From: Tubulanus polymorphus
Lineage: Eukaryota; Animalia; Nemertea
NCBI RefSeq assembly: GCF_964204645.1
Contig: NC_134033.1
Span: 3,430,131-3,494,130, forward strand
DNA: 64,000 bases
Reading direction: 5' to 3'
The position numbers and the translations under genes are program-made. This document shows positions 26,790 to 38,800 of this stretch, piece after piece. How positions within the stretch are numbered: the stretch's first letter is position 1; each line of letters starts with the position of its first letter. Below the pieces are notes generated by a model that saw only the letters and a list, made by a program, of their open reading frames with translations, ran no database searches and was not told where the DNA came from.

Positions 26790-27128
26790 CATCCTCCCTC
26801 TGCAGGGACTCGAACCTGATGGCATCGCTACATTCAGCCACGGCACGAACCCCTGCATCAGTAGACCGGGTGCGCAGGTACATGCGCAGCTTTCCGAACG
26901 AAAACTAGCGGCACCAATCAGATTGCTCGTTGTATAATCGTTGAGGCAAATTTCAAGGAAGAACTATAAATGGGAAAACCCGGGCTAAAATAAAACGGGA
27001 TTTCTGATTGGCTAAGAATCACATCATCTGAACTGCGCATGTATCTGCGCACACGGTCGATTATGGCAGGGTTTCGTGCCGTGGCAATCTCGATGCCATC
27101 AGGTTCGAATCCCTGCCGGGGGAGGATG
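26790..27128. mobile_element. MITE with long TIRs and a 9-bp TSD (Mutator-like)
   Basis: tatgtatac|catcctccctctgcagggactcgaacctgatggcatcg ... cgatgccatcaggttcgaatccctgccgggggaggatg|tatgtatac. Confidence 0.92.
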
Positions 27129-27760
27129 TATGTATACGTCCATATGTATTCTGTATATTGCTGCAAAAAGTTGTATCTAGTTTTGTACTCTAGTTTGATA
27201 GAAAACTGAATTTGGGCGGATCTTTATCAACGGGGATCTTTACCTTTGTGGGATTTTTACCGGAGGGATACCTGAGCTTCAGATGAATGACTGAGCTTCT
27301 TTTCAAATTCCCTGACCTTTCCCTTAAGAAGGTCCTTTCCTACGACTCCTCGATTCCTTGAAATCTCCTCCTAAACCAAAAATGTTTTCCCTTGAATTTG
27401 AGCAAAATGCTCAAAAAGTCCTTGAAAACTAGATAAGTTTAAGGTTTTAAACCTAGTTGGCAGTCAAAGGCCACAGATACCACTTAATGAATAGTTTACC
27501 AAGATTAAAATTACCAATTAAGTCGGAGTCTACAATAATTGATATGTGAAAGTGATGCATACGCTTCTCGAAATTTGAAATATTTTCTCGATGAAAACTC
27601 ATTGAAAGGTCCCTTTATTCTGGAATGACTGATCACCAGGGACCCTAATTAAAGAAGAGTCAGTATTTCTTTACTTTCCCTGCATAGAAAGATAAATTTG
27701 TATATGTCGCTAATTTAAAAGCTTTTTCTTCCATCAGTATATTTTATTTCAGTTTAAGTC

Positions 27761-30682
27761 TTATATTTTGCCTATTAAGACGTTGAATCTAGATTCGTCC
27801 TTGAGGACGAGTTCGTCCGTTGCCGGCTGCCATTTTGTATCCGGTATCATGATACTGTTGTACAGACGACAGTTCCCCTCCGCAGATGATATCGCTTTGA
27901 AGACGATCAGATCGCATCTCTGATTGGCCAGACACGTCAACGCGCATTCTAATTCACTCCCTGACGTCATAGGCCCGACTGCAGCGACATCTGGCGATGG
28001 AATTTGCCCACCTTGATGCTCGTGGAAATCTACAGAAAAAGGGAGATAGAATTTCGATATTTTTGAAGCTGTTTAATGCCCAGGAGCCAGTCTTAGACCG
28101 AGGCCAGTAGCGAATCCAGGGGCCAATTTTGAAGAACTTGCCACGTGCAATAAGGTTCTTTGATATAACCTTGACAAGTTGAATTGGTGTACTTCCACCC
28201 ACACTCAATCCGTGACACGTTTAGAAAAAAGCATTGTTACAACAGCTTCAAAGACCGGATGTGCGTATATGTTTTTCTGTCGGGCTAAGTGGTGTTATCA
28301 ACAGCTGATCGGATTAGTCTAATATGTATTTGAATAAGATAATTCCCGCTATTTACAGATTAAAAGAATTTAAAAACCAGAATTTATTTATTAAATCTAA
28401 AATATATATATAAAAGACACGAAGTTTCGATCTCACCCTAGAGATCATCGTCAGTGTGAGAAATAGACTAAAAACAGGGGTATATATACAGAGGAGAACA
28501 GGTTAATTGAGTAAATTGGTGAGTGAGTAAATAATTAGTGTTTGGCAAGGCATGAAGTATTATGGTTTTTAAATTCTTTTAATCTGTAAATATTGGGATT
28601 TAACTTATTATCCGTTCACCACGTTTGAGTGTTGTCATCGTTCTAATATGTATTTGAATAATTGAGTCAAGTTCTTTAGAACGAAACATGAAATTCCATT
28701 AAATGACGTAAGATATTTAAAAATGATTACACGTGGTGATGCAAATCTAGTAATGTCTAGTATAGCCTTTGCATAAATGCGTCCTCGTTAAATTCTGATA
28801 ATGTCTGGTAAAATGTACTAGAATGGAGGCCCAAGATTCAACACTTCTCAATCAACATACTCACACAATGAGTTGATCGTTTCGCACTGCCAGTCGATCA
28901 TTTTATATTCAGTGAAACTTCGGAATTTCTCAGGGAAGGTAAATCGACTTTCTCGTTGGATCCAACATTCTCGACGCCCCGTTTGGTAGTCGGCAGAACG
29001 ACACAGGAATTTAGCGAAATTGGCGCACGATTTCAGACATTCGAGTTCACTCATTCGGCCGATATAGTTATCGTTGAAGTCTGCAAGAGCAAAACCAGGG
29101 ATGATGTTCCACTTCAGCCGGCCTCCTGAGGCGCATGCCGTATCTGTGGATGAGATGTGATCTATTAAACAACGAGCTTCATCAGTAAGCCGCCTCTTGC
29201 ACAGCCATGGCTTCGATTTAAAACCAGCCCAGTCTAAGCTCATTTTGGTTCCACAATTGTTGTATAACCGATCTAACAACTTAAGACCAGTCTAAGCTCA
29301 CTTTGGTTCTACAACCAATCCAACAACTTAAGACCAGTCTAAGCTCATGTTGGTTTTAAGGACTCGTTTTGGTTTTGTAGCCAATCTAGGTAACGACTAA
29401 GGACAAGCTTGCATTCATTATGATTCTATTGCCATATTCTAGACAACTTAAAACCAGTCTCAACTTAGTTTGGTTCTAAAAACCAATCAAGCTAACAACT
29501 TAAGGCCAGTCTGAGTCGGTTTCGATAAGAAATCGAATAAAATAACTTTAAGGCCAGTCTGATCCAATTTCGGTCCGATAACAAATATGATAACTGAAAA
29601 CATATACACACTTCTATACACTCTTTATAATCTACACTAAAGCCCAATTATTGAATGTGCAACACGTCTTGAAGGAGCATAATCTTTAATTATTATCATC
29701 ATTATTAGTTTATTATATCACAAAATACAAGTTTTTGTATGATAAAACACAATTACATAATACTGTATGGCGGATACGGATACGGATAAGATAATTCAGG
29801 TATATAAATACATTAAAAACATAATATACCAAAGGTGATAGAAAGCTTTTTATCAAAACTCAACAGCCCTCCCTTAATCAACAAATATTCGAACATCCTC
29901 AATGTTTTTAGATAATTAACTACAAGTCAAATATCTTCACTCAGTAATTTAGATTGTGTGTAATTAATTATCTTTGTATTGTAATTATCTTGTCACTCAG
30001 TAATTTGAAATTGTTTGTAATTAGCTTCGTTTTATTCTATATGAATACCAGTATGATATGTAAATTTAGTCATTTGCGCTATGCCCGAAGAGGGGATAAT
30101 GTAACTCCCGAAAACGTTCGCTTAATAAATATATATTACTCATTAGAAAATGAGATTTGTACTGATTTTGCTTCTATAGATCTGGTAATAGAAAGCCTTT
30201 CCACATACATGGAATATATCTATGTGGTCACACTGTTGGAGTCAGATTACCCATTTAATAGCTGAAGATGTATAATAAAGGCTTTCCTAAGAAAAGTGGA
30301 AAGATTGTATAGTTTACTAGTACTGGAAATTAAGTGGATGAATTGTTCGGATTTGTTCAGTAAGTTCTCGATGTATAATTTAATCTTAAGCCAGAGCATG
30401 CAGGACATGTAATCAATAGTTCTACAACGAATCCTCTTCGGATAACGAACTGACCGAGGAGACCGGAAAATCGGTTAGTCCAATATTACAGCTTTTAGTA
30501 ATTCAGTTAAGCCAATAGTTAAACCTTAACCCTATTGAATGTGTAAGTACGGAAAAATACATGGTAGCGCGATATTTTCGATCGAGATAAATCATTTTAG
30601 AAATAAAAATCTTACCTATTGGCAGAGCGTGTCCGACACAAAGGAGGCCAGACGACATGATTATTATGTTTAGACCGAACAT
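27761..30682 (-). CDS. Secreted protein with two PAN/apple domains (about 204 aa, 3 exons)
   Basis: Exon 30682-30616 encodes a signal-peptide-like MFGLNIIIMSSGLLCVGHALPI. Exon 29143 (or 29161)-28865 encodes SELECLKSC..CRSADY..RECWI. Exon 28029-27761 encodes SELECALTC..CDLIVF..NCRLY. Both introns are phase 1 GT-AG. Confidence 0.8.
28338..28641. mobile_element. Penelope-like insertion with inverted internal structure and a 20-bp TSD
   Basis: Flanked by tctaatatgtatttgaataa (28318-28337 and 28642-28661). The paralogous intron near 25863 has the empty site. Contains a minus-strand CTGACGA...GAAAC motif. Confidence 0.8.
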
Positions 30683-31000
30683 CTTAAGTTTCTGACCGTC
30701 TTCTCCAGAGATGAACACGTCTTTGTGCAGCTCTATCACGCGGCGCTAGCTTCGCTGCGCATTAGCGATGCGTTCTTTTTTATTTTCGCGATTTCAAATT
30801 CCACAATGAATTCTTGAGTCGGGCAATTGAATTTTGGTAATTCATCGTATCATTATCTGAATAAATGGCCAATGTTTAATTGTTTTTGTTGTCAAGATTG
30901 TTTTAATGGTGCCAACTAATTTTCACTACATTATAGTGAAAACTAGTTGTCACTACTAAAGGCCGTAAGCGATATTGAGGGAGAAATAAGAACCGTACAT

Positions 31001-31331
31001 GATGTCCTACAGCACACTAGCGACGCCTGGTGAATCCTCACTTGCCAAAAGTAAAGTGTCTGCTCGCTACGGTGTAGGCATACTTCATGTTCTCACTTGC
31101 AACAAGTGGAATCCTCTATTGCCGCAGTAGTCGATGTCCTACTGCACACTAGCGACACCTGGTGGATCCTAACTTGCCACAAGTGGAATCCTGTATTACC
31201 GCAGTAGTTGATGTCCTACTGCATACTAGCGACACCTGGTGGATCCTGACTTGCTACAAGTAGAATCCTCTATTGCCGCAGTAGTTGATGTCTTATTGCA
31301 CACTAGTGACACCTGGTGGATCCTCATTTGC
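31001..31331. repeat. About 63-bp minisatellite (same family as 46713-47185, opposite orientation)
   Basis: Unit gatgtcctactgcacactagcgacacctggtggatcctaacttgccacaagtggaatcctctattgccgcagta. Confidence 0.88.
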
Positions 31332-32267
31332 AAAATAAAATTTGGAAGTAATTGCTATCAAAAGGAAGGACAATGATGATGTTTGTCCAAACTTTTTTCC
31401 AAACAAACCAGAAAAAGAAGACTTGGAAGGACAGCTGGGAACATTTCCTTCTTCAAGTGGAGAAAACCAACCCCGGTTTATTCTCTATTCAGCATCTAGT
31501 ACAACTCGATTAAACTGAACATATAGTTTTCTTTTATTTCGCTACAAGACAAAATATAAATAATACGAGATAATTGTTTGATAATTTTGGACGGCGGCAA
31601 GAACGGCGACGAACAATGTCTAACATCGATAATAAACCCCTCAAAAAAACACAATATAGATATTTTACGTTTCAGCTCGAAATTCATCTCAAGATTCGTC
31701 TTTTGAAACTTAAGGTCGATTTATTGAATTAGGAACTAGTGTAAACTCCACACTAGGTGCGGATTCAGAGTGACTTGCAAAAGACCATCAAATTTTTTCC
31801 TTTGTGGACATCAAAGTGCCCTTTGGGATGTTGTGACAAGTCCTTCAAAATTGGCCTCTAGATCCACCCCAGCAGCACACAATGAATCAACTTTTGAAAT
31901 CCGGTGAAACCTGCTTAATCCTTTATTCTGTCTAATCCGGACGATATTTGCAGTCCATTTGTTCGCGTTAATATACAAGAAAATGACTTTTAATCCAGAT
32001 TTCCTGTAAATTGGATGAATTTCATTGGTCCCAAATGATCGGAATTAAGCGGGTTCTACTGCATTACTGCGAAAAAAAACAGTGTTTTTGGGTCTTTTAC
32101 TGATAACATGCTCCATTATTCCCGGTTAAGTGGACGGTTTCTGATGTACAGAAAAAAAAAACATAATCAACGAATTGTTTTGAACTCATCAACGAAAATG
32201 TTTTAAGAACTTTCGAGTTTCTTTTTCACGAGTGACTATTAATGAATATTGAAGTGTCAATATTCAC

Positions 32268-32760
32268 CTGGCAGCCCGGAATCTACAACCCTTCAGACAT
32301 TCACTATATTGTAGTGTAGATCAGTTTTTGAAAGCGCGCTGATAAAATGTCTAATGTCTGGTGTTTGTAGTTCATTTACAATTAAAAATGTCTCAGGTGA
32401 AGCACTGAACACATGTGAAGTGTGGATGATCAGTTTTTGAAAGTGAGCTGATAAAATATCTAATGTCTGGTGTTTGTAGTTCATTTTCAATTAAAAATGT
32501 CTCAGGTGAAGCACTGAACACATGTGAAGTGTGGACGATCAGTTTTTGAAAGTGAGCTGATAAAATATCTAATGTCTGGTGTTTGTAGTTCATTTTCAAT
32601 TAAAAATGTCTCAGGTGAAGCACTGAACACATGTGAAGTGTGGACAATGAGTTTTTGAAAGTGTGCTGATAGAATGTCTAATGTCTGGTGTTTGTAGTTC
32701 ATTTTTGACAGAAAACGTTAAAGTATTGAATGTCTGATAGGGTCTGGGCCCGGGCCGCAG
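32268..32760. mobile_element. MITE-like element with imperfect TIRs enclosing a 109-bp tandem repeat (also at about 39333-39500 and 42920-43530)
   Basis: ctggcagcccgg..cccttcagacattca ... tgaatgtctgatagggtctgggcccgggccgcag flank about 4 copies of a 109-bp unit. Confidence 0.75.
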
Positions 32761-32807
32761 ATCAAAACCTCCTAAGAAATATTCGAAACGAGAAAAAAAA
32801 ACGTTTC

Positions 32808-35800
32808 CTATAAAATCAACCGATCCCCGGTGATGTCATCGTCGTCCTGCCGTCCGGCGTATCGGTCGTCGTGGTAACCGCCGCCGCCGTCTGCCTGTTG
32901 TCGTTTGACACATTTTTGTTTACACTCCATCAGCCGTTCGATGTCCTTCCACATTTTCATCTGTACCATATTCGACGTGTGGTTCTCGCGAACCATTTTC
33001 TGTTTTTCGCGCAGACCTTTGCCGAGGTTCTCCTGCTCTTGGATTTTCTTCGTGTAAATTTCGCTGTGAATTGAAAATGAAAAAATTTCGAAAAAAAGTT
33101 CAGCTTATAATCGGCGGCTGATTCGGTAGTCGAGACTTATGTTCAATTAGAGGTCTTATATAATAAGACCGGACTTAAGTTGTTAGATTGATTATAGAAC
33201 TAAGATTGTCTTCGACTGGACTTAAGTCGAAGCCATGACTACAGAACCAGCCCCAGGGGCCAGTTGCACAGTCGTGACTTAATTCCAAAAAGGGTCTTAA
33301 AACTTAAGACTGGTCTTAAGTTGTTAGATTGGCTATAGAACTAAGTTGGTCTTAGACTGGTATTAAGTCTAAGCCATGACTATGCAACCTGCCCCAGAGT
33401 TCTAAGGTGGAAAGCGTTTATTTAAAAACGTCTCTTTCTTCTAATACAGAGAAATTCGAAGATTTGTACAAAACAAAGGTCGGACTCGCTCCGTGGATCA
33501 GATTTATAATACCGGTAGGCTAAGCAAAGACCGGTCTAAGTCCATGGCTTATACTAAAGACCGTTCTAAGACCACCTTAGTTCTATAACCAATCTAACAA
33601 TGTAAGACCAGACCCAGCTCATTGTAGTTTTAGCCAAACTAACAACTTAACCCCAGTCTAAGTCCAATTTAGTTTTATAGCCAAACGAACAACTTAAGAC
33701 CAGTCTTAGCTCATTTTAGCTCTATAACCAATCTAACAACTTAACCCCATCAGGTGTGACGAGCAATCATTTCAAACATCGTTAAAATTTATTCGTCATT
33801 GACCAAATTTTAACTGAACTTTTAGAATCCATACATTATCACATAACCCACCGAATAATATACATCGAATTCAATTTCCTACTCAGTTATCGGTACAGTT
33901 TTCATCAATTACTTATAAGACTGAGTAATTAACTGGCGAACCTAAGGGAACCTTGCTTGTAATCAGTGGAATCCTCAAATGCCACCGTAGCGTTGGAGAA
34001 TCCCAATAAGTGGCCGTACTTACCGGAAGGCTTTTTTCTTCTCTTGCGGATCGGACGAGACGTACGCTTTCATTTCATCGACGATTCGCTTCTGCTGCAA
34101 CTCGAGGATGTTTTTCATGCTGTGCATGTAGTGATAACGCGACTCCTCGGCCATGACCTCCTCGCGTAAACCGCGCACCTCCTACGAAAGGGTAGACGGA
34201 GAGAAAGACAGAGAACATCATCAATAAACACAGGTGACAAAGACACGCCTTTCAGTGCGTCTACACCGCAGTGCGGTGTATAAAACTTTGTGAATGCTAG
34301 TACATCACGTCGCGATGAATTGATGTGATAAGTTTCTATTTCCTATGAAAGGGCAGATGGAGAGAAAGACAAAGAACATCATCAATAATTACAGGTAACA
34401 GAGACATGCCTTTAAGTACATATACACCCCAGTGCGGTGTATAAAACCGAGCGACTGCTAGTACATCGCACGGTGGTGAATTGATGTAATTAGTTTTTAT
34501 TTCCTACGAAAGGGCAGACAGAGAGAAAGACAAAGAATATCAATAATTACAGGTAACAGAGACATGCCTTTAAGTACATATACACCGCAGTGCCATGTAT
34601 AAAACAGAGCGACTGCAAGTAAATCGCATGGCGGTGAATTGATGTAATTAGTTTTAATTTCCTACATCATCAATAATCACGGGTGACAGAGACACGCCTT
34701 TCAGTGCATCTACAACACCGCAGTGCAGTGTATAAATCAGAGCGACATGGCGGTTAATTGATGTAATTAGTTTCTACTTTAAGTAAAGATGGCAGCACCC
34801 GTCAAACATTGTGAAATATAAGTAACTAACGATACATTGCACTGCGGTGTAGGCATGCCCGATTCAAAACAGATGCTTCTACACAATTACATAAATGGAC
34901 TTCATCGATTTCTTCGCCAAAACAAGATAGGTCAACGATTCATAAATAATCGGTGACCGACAAACTAACCTGTTCAAGTTTTGATCGATTGCTCTCCAGT
35001 CCGGCCGACAACGTGTCGTAGGCGGCCTTCTTTTCTTCGTGAATCGCTGATAATTCCTACGTAAGAATAAAACGAAGACAAGCTATGAAATGAAAGAGCC
35101 GTTCAAGTAGAAATTGAAGATTTTCCACAAAAATTTTGCTGAAAAATTGAAGATTTTCCACACAAATTTTGCTGAAAAATCTTAACTTGAATTTCACAAG
35201 GTGTCAAATTGCCGAATCGAACTGTGGAATTTTCCCCTTTTTTCACATCCTTACAACTGACTTTCAGCCCTTTTACCTCAACAAAATACCAGGAAATTTC
35301 ACATGATTTTTTCAGATATTTAACTTTTTTTTTCGCGTCGAAGTTCAATAAAATAAGCAGTTACTTAGCAAAATCTGATTGAAATAAACTTTCGGTAACT
35401 TTTAACACCGATTACGAATAAATTCTCAGCTCTATGGAATATGGCATTTAAAAAATTGCGAGCAAAATATCTTCAAAGACAATCTTCTAGAATTCTTCAG
35501 ACATTTTCATGATTTTTTACATTTTCACAATTTTCATATCAATCCGACTCCCGTAACCCGGTTATAATAATTACGGATGTCTGCACATTCCATAAGCGAC
35601 TCTTACTCACCTGAGACTTTTGTCTCATGGGCCGAAGCTCTTTGATGATCGGGGCCAGTGACGATTTCTTCTCTTGTATTTTCATATTCAATTTGCGCAC
35701 CATGTCGGCCATTTCGTCGAGCGTGCGGCCTTTCACTTCGTCCAGTTCGCTTTTCTTCGTCGAGACCATTTCGAGTTCTTCCTGCGTGTCGCGGTAACCG

Positions 35801-38800
35801 GTCACGCCTTTCTGACTCTCGACCATCGCCTGTTTGCGAAATGAATATCGTCGTAATCGTGGTGAGCTCGGATAGGAACCACAGAAAGAAACTCTGTCGG
35901 GATTCAGACTATCAATTGTCTGGGGTCGCGAGCTCAGCGAACTACAGATATAAACTCATTGTCAGGATAACTATCAACTCTGTCGCTGTAGGGATTGAAA
36001 CTATCAATTGTCTGGGGTGATGGGCTCAGAGGACAACAGAAAGAAATTCATTGTCAGGATTAATAGCAATTGTTTGAGGGGGGGGGGGGGAGTGCGGAGA
36101 GGAACTAGAGAAAGAAACTCTGTGCTGCTCTCAGAATTCAAACTATCAATTTTCAGGGATGGAGAGCTCAGAGAAGAAATTCACAATCATTTGTGACTTT
36201 GAAGCCTCTGAAGGACTCAAATAGACAATAGTTGGATTCGTAGACCCTTTTAAATTTCAGTACAGTCAACCCCCGATATACGGCCCCCCCCCTCAATATC
36301 TGCCACCAGGTTTTCTCAAAGTACATCTCTATACAAATAGATAGAAAACACCGCCGATATACCGCCATACTCTCTATACCGCCGAAATCATTCTGCGCCC
36401 GTGTGGGCGGTATATCGAGGGTTGACTGTATTTAACATTCCTTCAAATTAAAAATTTTCAGAAACGTCGGGATTTAAACATTTTTTCCGATGATACTCAC
36501 GAGGTGATGGTTCAAGTGGTCGTCGCGTTGTTTCAGAATTTCTTGCGTGCGCGACAAAACGCCGAGTTCGGCGCGAACTTCGTGCAGCTCCTGACGCTTC
36601 TTCTTATAAACGGTGCTCTTACTGCGCAGTTTATTCACGTAGCGTTTGAACTGAAAACAACAAATGGTGAAAAAATTCCTTATTCTATTGAATGAGAAAA
36701 CATACCAGAGTCTTTAAAAGCCAGTCATCTGAGCTTGCTTCAATAAGTAGGATCCAACTGACTCACAACAAGCCTTTAACCCTTCAGATGCTAATCCCTA
36801 TTTCAGTGGGTTTAGTTTCAATAAGGATATTCATCAGACTCAGGTGTAATCTTTTGACTTGAGAGTGATATCCCAGTTGGATGGTACAGTAGACTCCGCT
36901 CAAGTCTGATCTTTTGACATCAGAGAGTGATATCTGAGTTGGATGGTACAGTAGACTCCGCTCAAGTCAGATCTTTTGACTTGAGAGTGATATCTGAGTT
37001 GGATGGTACAGTAGACTCCGCTCAAGTCAGATCTTTTGACTTGAGAGTGATATCTGAGTTGGATGATACAGTAGACTCCGCTCAAGTCTGATCTTTTAAC
37101 TTGAGAGTGATATCTGAGTTGGATGGTACAGTAGACTCCGCTCAAGTCGGATCTTTTGACTTGAGAGTGATATCTGAGTTGGATGGTACAGTAGACTCCG
37201 CTCAAGTCAGATCTTTTGAATTGAGAGTGATATCTGAGCTGGATAGTACAGTAGACTCCACTTGTCGGATCTTTGGACAAGATTTACCCAACTTGCGAAT
37301 GATAGCGGAGTTGTATTGTATTTAATTCAAGAATTGGGGTAGGAAAACGATTTCAAGTTGAAAATCTAAATCAATACGAGACCTCGTCTCCTTTCAGAAC
37401 TTCGCCTCCGTCCGACTCTTTCAAAACCGTCTGCTTCTCCTCGAGTTCCAGTTCGGCTTTGACCATCTCCTCTCGAGCCTCTCGCAGATTCTCGGCCGCC
37501 ACTTCTTTCTTACGAGCGATAATGGCCGCCTGGAATGCGAAGAAAACAATCATTACGAATCTCAAAAGTCTCTTATTAAGTACCGGGTAATCATCTCAAG
37601 TAAGAGATGATCGTTAACCCTTTCAGCACGTCTACACTGCAGTGCGGTGTATGAATCGGTAATTGATTTTGCTAGTACACCGCACTGCGGTGTATTGATG
37701 TAATTAGTTGTTAGTTTTTATCTCTATACAGAGATGACAGCACCCGTCAAACATAGTGAAATATTAGTACGTAACGATACACCGCACCATGGTGTAGACG
37801 CACTATAGTGGTATTCACGTTATTCAACACACTAGGGCGGAATTTTTCAGAATTTTCACATTTTGTCCAGCACTTAGGGTATTCATTAGTCAGCACGGAA
37901 AGGGTTAACAGAAAAATACAAATATCAAATTGCTCGGCGAAAAAATCATTTTGGCTTGGAAGTTGGGTCGTCATCTCTTCTTTTGAGCCTTTGTTCGAAC
38001 CGGGTTGAAACGGCTATAGTCACTGATCTGAATTCATTGAAAGCTTCAACTAATTCGATGACAATGAAGATGATTTTGTCAGGGCATGATTTTCCACTAA
38101 CCTGTTGTCTGAATAGAGATAGTTTATCGTCGATCGGGTCGTTGCTTCTCATTCGCTTCTCGATCAGTTCGTTGATCTCGGAGTTCGTTTGGCGAATCTA
38201 GAAAAAAAAAAACGAAGAAACTAACTCAGAACACATGAACAAGATAACATCGGCAGTTCGGCGGCGAAGGACTCCAGGTTCCGGAGCCATCACTTAGAAT
38301 CGTAGAGTTAAATTTTGCTCGATTGCAATTTTTTTTTAGTTTCAAAGATGTGAAATTCTACATACAGAATTCTACATGCGGAATTCGATGATCCATAGCA
38401 GATCGAGGGTGGAGGCCACTTTCCGCCCATTAACATAAATCCCTGCTAGTTTGCCCAATTTTTTCATGCGATTACACAAAATTCCCCGAGAATGAATCAG
38501 AGAAATTTCTAAATTTAAAATTTCACAATTTATTCATTTTTTTATTGAATCACATTGAGAAACACATGGTTAAAGGGCATTATCCAAATTCCCTGAGTAT
38601 TCCAGGTTTTCGGTAGAATTTGTCCAATTCCCAGAGTTCTCCCTGATTTTTTTTGATTCCCAAGGTTTTCCAGGTAAATGGCCACTATGAGATTGTAACC
38701 TTTTATGATTTAATTTCCGCGCCTAGCAAGTCGAGACGTAAGTTATAACTGGAATCAGACATCATTAGTTCCACGACTCCGGAGTCAAATACAATGACTC

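Noticed and set aside
32293-32702. Repeated [19 protein letters not shown] ORFs (also near 39334 and 43101) as a small peptide family
   Set aside because: They arise from a 109-bp repeat whose length is not a multiple of three, located in introns and the 3' flank in both orientations.
36900-37325. ORFs with 20-aa periodicity
   Set aside because: Translations of the 60-bp intronic minisatellite.
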